A stretch of DNA of 64,000 bases from Rhizaria sp. SCN 62-66 (lineage: Eukaryota). The stretch covers positions 1 to 64,000 of the forward strand of contig MEDY01000105.1 in assembly GCA_001724265.1 (NCBI GenBank), given 5' to 3'. Within the stretch, counting starts at the first letter, position 1. The number at the start of each line of letters is the position of its first letter. The notes below the pieces were generated by a model. The model did not search any database, was not told the DNA's origin, and was given only the letters and a program-made list of their open reading frames with translations. Below, one piece after another: positions 36,901-42,397 of this stretch. The position numbers and the translations under genes are program-made.

Positions 36901-38676
36901 CAGCAGGACAAGAAGCCCCAGAAGCCGCAGAAGAAGGACAATCCGTTCTCGAGCCTGGGCGACGCGCTCAAGAAGTGGCGCGAGCGGCTCGACATCCTCG
37001 AGACGGAGGAGGTGGGCAATGAGCAGAAGGAGATGCCCGCGCCCGACGCCGACTCGGAGCGCGAGAAGACCGTGGTCGAGGAGGAGGGCGACGACGACGG
37101 CGCCGGCGGCGAGGACGAGGACGACACGGACGAGCCCATGAGCGGCAAGGTCGAGCACGCACGCAAGAACGAGCGCGCGGACGCGCAGGTAATGGCCGAC
37201 GTCGACGAGCACGACGAGGACAGCACGATCCCGCAGCGCCCCGAGGAGCAGAAGGTCGAGGAGGCCGACGGCACCGAGGGCAAGACCGAGCTCGAGTCGG
37301 CCAAGGACGAGAACGTCGAGGACAAGGCCGACCAGGACAAGGAGGGCGAGGGCGGCGATGAGATGAAGGACGAGGACGAGCAAGAGGCGCCCAAGCAGCC
37401 CCCGCCGCGCCTCGCCAAGAACTCTGAGAAGAAGCAGCGCAAGGACACTGCCGAGGAGCAGCGCGAGGGCGCCGGCGAGGACAAGGAGGACGAGGACGAG
37501 GAGGACGCCGAGGCTGACCTCGCCGACGAATTCGGCGACCCCTTCGACTTCGACTCGCTCTCGGCCGCGGACCCCTCTGCCGCCGCGGCCTCGGGCCACT
37601 TCACGGGCGACACCGACGCGCCCGCCGACGCGCCCGCCGCGGACGCCGCGGCGCCGAGCGCCGAGGATGCCGAGGCACAGGCCGCGCTGACGGCCGACGC
37701 ACTGCAGGCGATGCGCGACGATCTGGACCGCGACATGAGCGAGTTCAACGCCGATGGCGGCGCCGGCAGCGCGGGCGGCGTGTCGCGCGGCGAGCGCGCC
37801 GCCAAGCTCTGGCAGACGCTGACCACTGTGACGGGCGACCTCGCGCAGCAGCTGTGCGAACAGCTGCGTATCATCCTCGAGCCGTCGCTGGCGAGCAAGC
37901 TGGCGGGCGACTTCCGCACCGGCAAGCGCATCAACATCAAGAAGATCATCCCCTTTATCGCTTCGCAGTTCCGCCGCGACAAGATCTGGCTGCGCCGCAC
38001 CGCGCCCAACAAGCGTAACTACCAGGTGCTCATCGCCATCGACGACTCGGGCTCGATGCGCGCCAACAAGGCCGGCCGCGTCGCGCTCGAGGCGCTGGCC
38101 GTGCTGTGCCAGTCGCTGACGCAGCTCGAGGTGGGCGAGATCTCGGTCGTCTCATTCGGCGACCAGGTGCGCCTGTTGCACCCCTTTCAGGCGCCCTTCA
38201 CGCCAGAGTCGGGCGCGTACGTCGTGTCGGCGTTTGAGTTCGCGCAGCGACAGACGCACTGGCCATCGCTGCTGCAGCGCGTGACGGCTGTGCTGGACCA
38301 CGCGCGCGACCCCAACGGCGCGGGCGGACAGGGCGACACGGAGAACCTGCAGCTCGTGTTCGTTATCTCTGACGCGCGCGTGCAGCAGGACCGCGAGCTC
38401 GTCGCGCGGCTCACGCGCGAGGCGCTCGAGAAGCGCCAGCTGCTGTGTATGCTCATCATCGACTCCGAGGACGAGAAGAACTCGATCATGAACATCAAGT
38501 CAGTGGTGTACCCGCAGATGCTGCCTAACGGGCAGATGGGCAAGATCAAGGTCGTTGACTATCTGGAGAACTTCCCCTTCCCCTACTACACCATTCTGCG
38601 CAACATCCACGCGCTGCCCGAGACGGTGGCCGAGGCACTGCGCGAGTGGTTCGAGATGATCCAACGCTCTAACTAA
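12931..38676 (+). CDS. MDN1: Midasin (Rea1) AAA-ATPase, ~8581 aa, single exon
   Basis: Six Walker A motifs: GPAGCGKS ~15136, GETGNGKT ~16726, GPTSAGKT ~18118, GATGAGKT ~19276, GSPGVGKT ~21115, GDAASGKT ~22480, each with a Walker B. Then a long linker, a D/E-rich tail, and a C-terminal MIDAS/vWA domain (GDFRTGKRINIKKIIPFIASQFRRDKIWLRRT; IDDSGSM; YLENFPFPYY). Stop is TAA. Confidence 0.97.
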   Translation: MDLHQVAKGLHDLFIAFPALLNDATVPVADKAKELYSTHDVLQVLAFLQMPIVPATLTAAAATSAASTTADAASTLPAGKLGQQKRRNAPSTSDAAPTKKRASPGAHAGAHDDDDDDGDARADPVSALSPAVLAALASAAASAASGSSSSSKAGGRGASAASASPLSSPTAMVTALSGFVARLFLGSALAPLPSATQRAAALAAALAFAPILAPLLAHFAPALSFQPAFPPRAHKASAAAPAAATALAPTPAEAHSLLATLEALTVAAAVVPAALPSVLRAVAALPVPLPALSGLVVPLAADPGSTNTKSESASSGSGGGKDAAVAAAVATRFVALLQDLLALHPAAPAVLVSLSHGLWAPLAALVAPPPTAAAASAASAAAAVKAEPAVAGLARGGRSLGLGLELTVHGPAPPPSASGLAAAAAAAAATASSSATAGLVATALSPESVAAAAPVQPSALARARRPVALLPARARAALVTALASVSHLSPHDRAKLANSVAFAYAAAVSHSNAHSSTAAASGTAAPGDALRGFSLSALSAQARAASWVPLVGQARANTLALALALAAPALASSATTSATAGESEAEATAAAVAAGGALPLPTLARWQDAACARLAQSFASSQDDDAPAAAAASSAAAAAAAVAAGAVSPVTGTFFALPPVAATATAVPGAASAVAAVSVCGVTVPVRPGRATASAAASESAATASAREYVAIESSAAAVRSVAMALNEARPILLEGPAGCGKSLLINHLARLTRNEDYLRIYMDDQMDSKTLLGTQTCTDIPGEFVWRPGALAQAMTQGRWVVLEDVHRAQFEVLASLIPLFEKNVLLIPGRAEVLTAAPGFRFLATWTTGGASLTPAFLRRHATEMRQRGDAAGAEAAAAQAVLAAKADALPDGSDSDDDGGDQIGAAAAATAANAAHAAAEAAQRKRQEAALLAAGLDAAATSVGALTPYTPLTTTPAAALAQLASQASTATSPAHVLLHRLFTRVILPPLSADDVAAILARSFPYLRALAGVVPAVLNTAARFAAPATVAQGFLVQAQVDAPAEGTDEAVAADVVQQTAALLASSSAAASASAAAVAATKAAALAVTSMAGPSPFGGACTVSLRRVLSFADRVQRIVRLAQALPVAGAAAAAALAPDSLQLQLTQDLALDVVRAALDVFTAAAVPTASAHAQAKRRAVILAAASLWQVPRAGLEAALAHKPTVLVTDTEVRVGRYGLPRNRAQSLVQLSDPRGSKFSLTRHALVNMERFYAGICSEEPLLLVGETGNGKTTIVQYLAAQLGQTLHVHNMNQQSEASDLLGGFKPVELRVACVPLMNEFGQLFPKTFSRVSNKTFLTQIKQAFDAKNWKLVVHCFKQTLKNVQAKLRSSASASAASAADDSAAATSDKAPVSAALQARWVSFAREVQLFERRLQQTSSFAFWFAEGSLVKAIRDGHWVLLDEVNLASAETLDRLASLLEDSAGSVTLTERGDIETVRRHPGFRLFACMNPATDAGKKDLPAHIRERFNEIFVTDIEDEQDLDLIVREALADASGSQHNAVNVAAIVSWFRHVKLLCRSVLLDGAQRHPHYSPRSLVRALRFAKKQAQYYGTLRALYEGICLSFASPLHPDSRLLLDSLLWQHIFCPAYRTAIGQPGTAPAAPALGSVPPVATQQQDQQMLLKFLSNYTAAALRQAAERGYIAMGPHALAPGPLPPRPVDTYIVTPTVEARLGDVARAVVSRLPVLLQGPTSAGKTSLVTYLADVTGNKCVRINNHLHTDVQEYIGSYVTDADGNLTFQEGILVTAVRNGYWIILDELNLAPSEVLESLNRLLDDNNEIFIAETQETVHAHPNFLLFATQNPPGLYGGRKVLSRAFTNRFVQLHCDDLPEDELVTILERRCKIPSSYAQKMVDIMRDLQKKRQAASSGVFAGKKSLLTPRDLFRWADRKPASMKDLAEDGFLLLGERLRNEEAKTAVRGVLEEHCKCTIDLTDIYTRQAVPELEGKRAPLTAEQDAARRAAAAQAARDEATDKMLRGGGKQIRKQRALEAKARKARAGANAAMADEDDDNAAEVAEAEAFAAAGEVMTAEELAMEKEVQEELSKIGSVAWTFSMRRLFTLVYRCVEHDEPVLLVGATGAGKTTVCQILALVLRRKLTIINCHQHTETSDFLGGLRPVRGKSGAASALITAVSALAAPAAATQQAATLAAELIAAALVEVAAAAAASPPAASPADALAPTPFPNTPNLNAAAAADADASDADAAALAQRLEMQEKLLKPLKNAAAALKALPAAPETADDAAAQQTASDLARWFEKVRTAVEKASKALRTASKTATGDALAGGAGADSLTAALAAMHLSATPADAVASAFGALETALAALAPGVPEAQPLVQKFNALFEWKDGALVTAMKEGHLLLLDEISLADDAVLERLNSVLEPSRTLFLAEKGGEAVESITAHRNFAIVATMNPGGDFGKKELSPALRNRFTEIWVPHLENREDLIAIIRERFLMPLSPRGRASQNSHLPAGDAATADPALAAVIAAREAQLPALAEEFSALLLDFIAYFNGLKLHRRQFSLRDILAWVSLMTRLFLQPPVTASVSASAAQFADADPAAARAAMELCYVHAASLVVLDGLSVGAADGDSQASLAKEQGCIDFLLSQLPEASRPALLATLTYADVKVQRPLTLPPPSAAAAEAGHHGHFGVEPFFIPRGAQPAPASLPFAADAQSTGINLVRVLRALQLPRAVLLEGSPGVGKTSLISALAKLAGHRLVRVNLSEQTDMLDLLGSDLPVPGGDGGQFTWCDGVFLQALKAGDWVLLDELNLASQSVLEGLNAVLDHRAQIYLPELDKTFNCPPTFRLFAAQNPMAQGGGRKGLPSSFLNRFTKVWLHAMTTRDLYGIATKLYPDIKPDYISLMIAFNEAVHRDTMVSRAYGRQGAPWEFNLRDVFRWCDLVRNSATDAGCILDASQQSKAESASVACADTPEHGAADSASATAMVLAGAQPSLGSALALEHPGAFLDLIYLQRMRSEGDRRAMAARFALVCAQLNAALALRRARAQLAASRSAGAMADSDSEDAQALEQEEAEESTDADDVGGDEALALQEPVPEYAPVDATPEVELTDKVFRIGDAWLPRLPARLGATAGALAPTATHAKSGPDADPAAFLSVPGGGADPAADSLLLHQQLRPLRHLARCVSRGWPVILAGDAASGKTSLIRLLARATNNELHEIAMSSSADATDLLGCFEQVDWDRHRAGVIRSASQLHSFVSTSLLVGLPTAAPDARALLVAAAGAWERFSTLEAAEARVLAAAATAAAGGAAAAVPAAGKDTLEALAPQAAQSATPCFGEDTYSALRGFFDAAEAAVAFVESSLVDAAEQARLRAGSAPSSALHSLSLPKHLRPQTVRATAATFQHNTTNAKLAVGRFEWIDGTLLNALERGHWLVLDNVNFCNPTVLDRLNGLLEPGGTLLVSECGLVDGEPRIVTPHPNFRIFLTLDPQFGEISRAMRNRCVEIVFPHSVGAADLPLTAHRVAAHAALLANTARAPLSLASRAFSALGLAPAQLAAAGLGRSPPLPVDPAALFSLSHPLGMLTFAELACAPAAAPLTLAAAAVAGAARTAGPTAAAGEVASPDALFTELLHASATARAVAERRRATAAANRAAAAAASAAARARQAASRGGVLSLPALASAAAAAPSAAPLSLAAALAPSTLRDLTAMVAALGVPGHALCSFFAQMHTAMQLLPPLLSASSAVANAYASSAVSLSSPVPASSSALGFAAGANGGAAGAGAGPRHRVWSIRNLGRWAALTVTLVQQQRTAAALVPATGARPAPVDGMQLLWDSFFHAYTLNRFRGHPLVRQFAPRAFTALAANTLFALAPALAPVVAPLPAPLPALMPPAALAQQQVDLSLLSPSLYPSDSAAAALRSSSAPPAAAAALRDLATLEHCALAAIARFPLPPAEGPAASVAVALVRLLALRDLTEACATAAASAAGDAPMPSGVKMEDGSAASSAAAAAPFSGWAAAEAWAFPADDMAFEPTPATPPAVAAAPGSLKLLFAAQLHHYLARTAPGTAALRGAALDRFLSALDAAAGLMAAALTAAAAARAPAAAVARARAAVTELRLAALAVAAARRTLDALFPSAAAAAVATEERDTASDTSDALASVAEMFFAHRAALGAAAGLAPVYVAQQPLDMLSVPSAAHLQPSFAHTAAATAAAASPAAAAAARALPHHADSPVLSLLHSRLARAPGSSHATAARVVAALMLQQHCVTTLLALASRANVEAVAEAAWLRRAATVGSPLPATLRSSLPPLPLSLACAHGLIPPHMLSSADSAPFAVAAYPALATLAPAVARTVAAMGARAAALAAASTTLPQSALRAAAAVLAQAVLVTRLRTQLYDALWSAAAGASPLAAPALAAAMARDDVGAAGGDLSLSASRYLWVLAPLLVRWRSLSVTFAAFAASADGFFARFLPLPASAVEDAAAADPVPALRSADRALQRGAEALMQQSGGSASLHALVGQPAVGRDLALLVAAGPAFSAVQQSLADLTAAARVVPLLAVPPAELRFFDPSAEPAALADTSANAALSHLSTYGPAAGATTRTRALTAAAQLWLPPHLHWALPAKLKDALADAVGSALFARSPLLFKSVSEAAEKEEAAAAVVASARAGASMLFGSRSRAAASAAAPAVEAASVREGKLIRAYLATLAAAPVKLRDRVERYLRAALAAKAAAMRGAPRALESLTASVSQARGLPQHAFLAPLEDAVLFPLWERFAQEVATVSALVSIAARAGPSVTIVASAEDEAVSAAANGDESIETTLLRAAAVAVAVGSRTLEFIGAVDIDAVEGEDADDSVPGILSAVRAVGLRSRTRSSTSPADAAHIRCALQLLQSIDAGDTDPENGGNAVAPRVSLDLATSLSAVSAALTARVREFAWSNALVAPIAARYRVRGDGRFQSDRTAEADAQESGIPVTPAATAAAANELQTMAPEAELILVHPKLASLGSAALSQAVHTLTLKHLPARASRTALGKRATRIGQISCAVEHLVVAAATASATHAALIATRAAAGSATVVASHVPEGWVAALELASAAVAPVAAGVASTLSALAAAFAATPVAAAAVGTAATAFARLARDGTGSVPALATLMATLKTSQHPVVTAVAGPLLAPLLDVLYSQCLVRPGKATPTAAANAGLWAQLCRLYLGLAELRLALPVAPVDPSEVVALQSAQAAELAASAGSAAAARRWAVDTAAGAPSALGGAGATADVVRTVSALDAVNIEGDTASSAALDRAVVPAALPAVDAPYACADSFLDAASAAGASARAAALSTHMASRPAGGKPFSVLFDVLYKFAQSGADPSRLVRLAEGMVAYTLDASPAFAAAAEADAVARAQDDAATAVSQLTQQASHFLREEVLAQDISQAFLKDLARNYGTHYGDVCTPVAAAVYTVKAALRDLGSAMSAAVSAQTLADVTQGSARAVASTVSTGDVPEGTRALSGALYSLLAFPTPTLPAVLAPAPSAATGSDASVGDISADTLLFLLSTQTTAALQGLGAAAASVATARAQTLAQRRADRAAEAERAQADVRRRVGDAYGEDSISENPFADASSTLAAPTEDGESADADVVPADAIAATAAEDGDDGFDGVASDNDDDLADEEPAAGGSKRGARVELAPETSSAQFQQLPVLVFRAVLLRLLVQCLSAPSGPLTNASAGAAAAAAAAGGFGVAALSLPLARLVSLVFGRVLSGFRKEQAARRRAEEAATEAFRFKTAHFEQEDEEVIIQRELRNMYPDFSDTFADIMKMNDEFNNDDLNGDDDRANQAKEEAAAAAAAAAASADVIGEDVTGVFLAFKLIFACAQNSIRVGDIVTAPTADELANAVTTLRSMAVSAAQSAAATLIAALEATHSARALCSREALDVAALPGTLFSLSTAYLYLNQHASLSDVASSLAAASQSSAASAAMTTVAAEDVVMTLRGLCATLCPSLTPSPPVDTATRRLIWKASQRHSQSAEANEEAKLIYHDVWRHPNMAEVQRLAGPLRAYQARVRQLLTMFPSHPLLRQLALLAGRVASLPLSSPVMKVLTGAECIIKKSQEWEGLAHRGVKLEKELFNLTVLVARWRKLELHSWPMALKRKDDDYEQAAVPWWCRLYPIIHCSPEDLASFATATSAPADAPLEASGRAALATGRGTRDGVSVEIIDKYLLQLHTALQEFVVYSNLGEVKARLAILLAFRNHTEREVHSGLAAVAATQGTRLPVWVRLQVGHLLESVFRQYAQFLPQVFKYMAEEKAPMEKTIMEQVKLSVWDLSNYWALKESTEKSHRKVHKLSCEYEILLKTPFSAVLQKIAAVDISTQGPGLPPLGQTYKDYLAAKQAAVMAARRVRRIAGKSERKVNKKKKRAALARAAAAAAAAASDAAMVASVAGKRSNKGKKDEGDGWADVDHDAAIAAHESDLGGKASAAAAAAAAAKAAYEAEAESSTDEEAEMTSASALALRTSADVTELLRVAADTPASAANASLPAAARAALASVTTAGTTTVTVGGSSLPTALFGSSPFLASVAAWLPAVLAAEAEAAEANAGSTAATDGASEEDASNDTVARAPVLFGRLLTILHRAVLAPSAAALDAAAVASLDEITVATLQRLEALAADAPMQAKKMAVADTLKLLRHLGLSHHSSASGMLALTDDERSLSSLHINQLRDLDVFSQSALPNIPAGPSANPAAAAASGSNAAASTMHDIHSASLSLLSSSAAARGVHRLDRREDAMLSILSGAFDAIAAATGTDAEDPLSHYYAPSTEDEDAGLHGAVAAPRKLIRALAASGKDATSVLQMPLWFINSSLAAAYPAEAAAGATPAALTMLSAGVGASASALATSAAAAALRLPASVSRAQTDLALELDAALHAAFTAVRKMRTRVATPMASQTDMPRPQVLRMQGFMEHLFALCSEAATALARAAPASHALRHWVAATAVVAATPLTDAAPASASATSTETAQLALRRASTLVQSMLEAAEGEVALLHRVHATMRSQGSSVSVAATTQPALAAIAARITALSTSAPATQPALAALSLPRGVLPALRALHTRLSSAVAFIAPEHLSAAPAAEWQALVADAAAALAAAALDAVRALLGGRYTTAIAVLPFSALATATSPAALAYGTDERALGAAGDAVLRGRLAATGPGSRFLPGPVAPWRSLCATLFADSQQQQLSAAASSTAAAGSAAVATALTLAPSAAHSANVVTRALDSVLVLVQDVYRDSKARVIAHKKAEAERKELRRQREEAMAAARAKAAATAAATAAKFGSGVHAMHDDVAAVDDDDVEGAAAEADAEAAKRDGYDPDDIPVLSSADVDENGLLTRLSGVDAALYAPQVARLLARLSAMGQAYSDLDTAVKRARAAVASSAVPAAAVSAPKKSAKTAKGKKAAAAAAAASSEDGADVTEAQVAAVAALEAQRARMARSIGLLAPFVEQISLLTARHTVAAMGSTRGALRLLQVLLAVFNVILVKGLCRRPDEDDDGKGDGEGDSGDAQAGTGMGQGSGSEDVSDQITDEEQLLGTKNERNDPNQPQNKDQDMDKGVDMTNDFDGDMMDVPKDQREQEQQDQDDGDDMDKEMGDLENEEQDVVDEKLWNPNEDHEEDIDRSKENREDGGVQGAEDQKEMVAGDDDAADDNKDDKKDKDDKKDKNKKEEKKKDDAKAEDDKDPGDDSEQEGGDDKADKGDGKDQNQDQEDEKNDEDLGQVNVDDENRREESHGIEPTDIPDDIDLDGKDDSDVDADAGEEDGGKEQSEDDADDDKKNAEDDEDALKEEKGDLTEDMKDSENQDAPGSDDDNEHNRDMHDDDEAPAEDEKEDGADDDNEGRDENSRLDDEDDKQDENEDDEADKPQNNDSVAPVDRPDEAEDSEGEASDADNEDKNLDREDEGAGAEDQAQQADQSADADLGQQGGLDTQGNDDDKSTKKKPKEAQDDKAQPKEQKDQQDQQEAQEASADAAQQSSQGEAGEYRDEQDEKVHGRAPREEKQQKQQDKKPQKPQKKDNPFSSLGDALKKWRERLDILETEEVGNEQKEMPAPDADSEREKTVVEEEGDDDGAGGEDEDDTDEPMSGKVEHARKNERADAQVMADVDEHDEDSTIPQRPEEQKVEEADGTEGKTELESAKDENVEDKADQDKEGEGGDEMKDEDEQEAPKQPPPRLAKNSEKKQRKDTAEEQREGAGEDKEDEDEEDAEADLADEFGDPFDFDSLSAADPSAAAASGHFTGDTDAPADAPAADAAAPSAEDAEAQAALTADALQAMRDDLDRDMSEFNADGGAGSAGGVSRGERAAKLWQTLTTVTGDLAQQLCEQLRIILEPSLASKLAGDFRTGKRINIKKIIPFIASQFRRDKIWLRRTAPNKRNYQVLIAIDDSGSMRANKAGRVALEALAVLCQSLTQLEVGEISVVSFGDQVRLLHPFQAPFTPESGAYVVSAFEFAQRQTHWPSLLQRVTAVLDHARDPNGAGGQGDTENLQLVFVISDARVQQDRELVARLTREALEKRQLLCMLIIDSEDEKNSIMNIKSVVYPQMLPNGQMGKIKVVDYLENFPFPYYTILRNIHALPETVAEALREWFEMIQRSN
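35368..37540 (+). repeat. Asp/Glu/Lys-rich low-complexity tail of midasin
   Basis: Dense GAC/GAG/AAG codons between the linker and MIDAS domains, the expected position in midasin. Confidence 0.85.
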
Positions 38677-39281
38677 GCATAATACGACGAGTGACTGATG
38701 ACGCCACATTACACACACCACATTTTTACAAAAGCATTAAGAAAGCTCAGTTTCATTACTTTACCGTTTTATCTCAAACACATCGAACATGTTATTATTA
38801 TAGCCACATCTCTATTATATATTAGTGGTCACAAATACAGCGTACTTTTAACTTCATGACTCGCTTCTGCACATTTGACACTGACATAATGTAATCGATG
38901 TATTCAAAGCTACAACATGGTACTTATACAAATAAACACAATGATACCAATACGTACATGTATATTCGACAATGCATGGGTCGATGAGCGACGAAGCTCA
39001 GCTGCTAAACGACAGTCTTGGGAGTCAGGCTCCTACAATGTACGTGGGGCCACTTCAGACAGTCACGATAAATAAATAAAACAATCCAGAAGGATTGCTG
39101 CTCACATTAACACGGCGTATCATCTTTTTAACGCACATAATTGATATAATAAACACTAGGTATAACATCTTCTTGGCGTGCTGAATCGCATCATCATGGT
39201 TGTGCAGCAGCTCAGCGGCGACTGTGCTGTCGGCAGACTGTCGTGCTGTATGCAGAGTAATTGACTGACAGTTAACTACGC

Positions 39282-40299
39282 TCAGCGGCGGCTGCGGAGA
39301 CCGAGACAGAGTGTGGTAACAATCCCGCGCAGAGTCGGGTTTTCCATCGCCGCCGACACGCGCTCCTTGTCGTTGATCTGCCGCGTGACTGCGTGGGCAG
39401 CAAGAGGAGAAGCGGATAAGAACGCAACAGTCAAATAGAAAACAGAGGGAAAAACAGGTTGAGAATAGATACAAGCGTGAGCGACGGATAATCGTGCTGA
39501 GAGAGAAATAACATAACGTCGGATTATGATTAGCACAACAAAATCATATACTTAAGATGAAGACGTAGATTTGAACGTACTCTCGCGCTCGAGCATGTGT
39601 TTCCCTGGCGCGACGTGGATGTCGAATTTGACGTTCGGCACCGAGGTCCCCACGGCGTGCGCAAGGCACAGCCCAATCGTGGTAGCCTGCGAGCAGTGAG
39701 GCACGGTGGGCGTGAAACGCACCGACACGCAGGGCTCACCGCGCGGGGAACGCGACACGAAGACGTGCTTCTCGCGCACGACCTTGAGGTCCTCGAGCGT
39801 CATCTCGAACTCGGGGTCCTTGATCGCACTAATCAGGTCCCAGATCATGTCGCGGAAGTCCTGCAAGTCGTCGTCGTCGAGGTCCTCGGCCTCGGAGTCG
39901 CTGTCGATGTGCGTGGGCGCGCGCTGGGGCGGCGTCGAGAGCGTGCCTGAGAATCATCAAGGAGAAGGGTAGAGCGGGGAACGAAGTGTAGTGAGTGCGA
40001 GATGATGGCAAACATACGTGCAACAAAATGTGGGTAATGGTGGCGATGTGTAGTGGGTGCATACCGCTCGCTGAGGTGATCGTGAAGTCGTCAGCGCCGT
40101 CGGGGCCGCCGAGGCTGTGCAGCGCGACGTCGACGCCGCCCGCGCGACGCGCCTTCATCTCTTCTGACGCAAAAATCACCTTCGGGGCGCGGCGCGACGC
40201 GGCGCCAGCAGCGGGAACAATGGCGCCATCGGTGTCAGTGGCGGTAGAGTGGCGTGGCGGCGACACCGGGCGGTCATCATGCACCTCACGGGCTTGCAT
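39282..40299 (-). CDS. CIAO2: Cytosolic Fe-S assembly component CIA2 / FAM96 (MIP18 family); exons 40299-40065, 39946-39581, 39388-39282, ~235 aa
   Basis: Motifs IWDLISAIKDPEFEMTLEDLKVV, FTPTVPHCSQATTIGLCL and ITRQINDKERVSAAMENP. Two phase-consistent GT-AG introns. Stop is TGA. The start codon is less certain. Confidence 0.88.
39389..39580 (-). other. CIAO2 intron 2 (192 nt)
   Basis: GTACGT...ACGCAG; joining gives HMLERE-ITRQINDKER, which matches the family alignment. Confidence 0.85.
39947..40064 (-). other. CIAO2 intron 1 (118 nt)
   Basis: GTATGC...TTCTCAG with a pyrimidine tract; phase-1 junction G|GC. Confidence 0.75.
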
Positions 40300-40757
40300 A
40301 CGGAGTCGAGGTGCGGGGTCGTGCTGCTTGAACGAACAAGTTGCTAAGTGAAACACAAAGAGAAATGAGAAAGACATTATTAAGAGAGAATACTTTCACG
40401 TCGTCAATGAATATTATATCTATACGTCAGAGCTAGTAACGGAGGCTGCGTCATGATATATATCTTTTTGTAAGCAATTTCCTCGTTCTCGACCCGTTGC
40501 AGAGTCTTCGTGTCGCAAAATGTTGCAAAACAGGATGCTGCGACAATTAAATGATAAATCCCACTTTTGACTTCTGCTATGGGCTTTACACGACGGATTC
40601 TGTATGCCGTGCTGTTTTACTATCTATTGGCCTCCGCCTGACCGGTATCTGCTGCGAAATGTGGGTCGTGTGATGACGCGAAGCTAACGTTACTGACAAT
40701 CAGGGCGAGATAATGGAGGCTGAATTGACCGATCCTTGCAACCCTGCGACATGACAG

Positions 40758-41419
40758 CTTTATGGCCACGATTTTTGGTTCCAGCAATCACGCCGGTTTT
40801 TTGCTGCCGAGCCTGGTGCAGGACCGCGTGGTCCTGTACCGTGGGCTTTCCTCGGCCGTGTACCCGGCGTGGTGGGGCATCGCAGGCTTCGTCAACGAGT
40901 GCGTGTGGTGCATCTTCACCGCGTTCATCGTCCAGATCCCGATGTACTTCCTGTCGGCCTCTCGCTGTCGCCGGCGATCTTCTTCCAACAGTATTTCGCC
41001 ACCTACTTTCTCTGCTTGACCTACATCAGCATGTATGTCTTGCTTCCTCTCAAGTGCCTGCCCCAACCTTGTCGTCGCCGGCGTATTCCAAGGCGTTTAT
41101 TTCGGCTTGTTTAACAGCTCCAGCGGGGTTGCGGTGCCTTATCCGAGCGTTCCGCGTGGATGGGTCTGGATGTTTCGCATGCTTCCGACGTCTCAGGCGC
41201 CCGTTATGCCTCAGCTGGGCGACTGCTCGCTGCTGCCGCTGTGCGGACCTTTGATCGAGGTCGTTCAGGGAACGGAGACTTAAGATGATGTATCTGGCTG
41301 AGTTTGGCAAGCAATATCTCGGCTTTAGCTTCGGAGGATGGGGCTCGTCGACTGGGTGGGTGCTTCTGTACATTGTCGTTGTGCAAATCCTCACACGGAT
41401 GAACTTCTCGCAGCTGTAA
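40758..41419 (+). pseudogene. Degenerate 3' fragment of an ABCG/PDR-type transporter membrane domain
   Basis: Pieces in successive frames: LPSLVQDRVVLYR..SSAVY...VQIPMYFL / GLSLSPAIFFQQYF / SACPNLVVAGVFQGVYFGLFNSSSGVAVPYPSVPRGWVWMFRMLPTS / KQYLGFSFGGW...VVVQILTRMNFSQL*. About three frameshifts (~40953, ~41035, ~41281) and no upstream ATPase domain. Confidence 0.72.
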
Positions 41420-42397
41420 GCCGTCCACTCGTTTGTCGTTTCTGTTGTCATTTCACAGTAGAAATAATTTTTGTGACTTGTGCATAATTGCGGTTTGTGT
41501 GGTTATATTCATTTTGTTGTTGATCGATAATGTTCTCTCTAGAGTGACTTGACAACAACACCTCACGGACAGTCTTTGGTGAGTCGAACGGATAGCGCAA
41601 TGTGTGTGATATTGTTCTGGTGTCGATAAGTGGGCAGTTTGAAGTCTTACTCAGTTGCACTGGTGTTGCTCTCCACTTGTTCATGTACCAACAAGATGAT
41701 CACACGTTGCTATTCCGATGAATGTGACACAATCCTTGTTCTTGTTGTGACGAAGTGACGCTTTGCAGAATAGAGAGGATATTGGAGGGAACTTTTGAAC
41801 GTGTGTGATCGTGAATATATTGCAGACATGAGTACTACAAAACGCGCAGAGCTATATCCTATAATGAAATCAAAGAGGAATCTCGTTTTAACTCGATTCT
41901 GGTTGTATTATGTGTTTTTCGCAAGTGTGACCGTGAGTGGTAAGGCCACGTGACTGATGCAAACGAACAAAGAGCCTTGATATCTTTATAGACCCGCGAA
42001 CCTGTCAGCTGATGCCCACTGAGAAGTGGATTAAGATAATAAGGTGTGAAGAACTATTTGATAATTTGCACTCTCTCGACTTATTCGTGCAAAAATGCCT
42101 GCTTTCTGGGCGAGAAGATTCTTGAGAGGCCGCCGAAAAGGAGACATTGGCGCTTATCTTTGCCGATCTTTTTCACACCTTTCCAGACGTGACACGGAAA
42201 GGCCCTTTACATGGCAAAATGGAAATTTGTTATTGAACTTAACTAAACTTTGTCATTTAAGAGAGGTTGTTGTTTATGCCGTCAAACTCCTCTAGTTTAA
42301 TCCTTCTAAGCCTCTTCTCATCATGACTCATGAATCCACTTCTTCCGACTCCCTCTACCTATCACCATTCAATTGTTCTCCCCCTTAGACCCATCCC

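Noticed and set aside
41420-42380. AT-rich intergenic stretch examined for a transposon, SL RNA or snRNA (Sm-like AATTTTTG at ~41466)
   Set aside because: No terminal repeats, coding remnants or convincing stem-loops seen; the motif is expected by chance.
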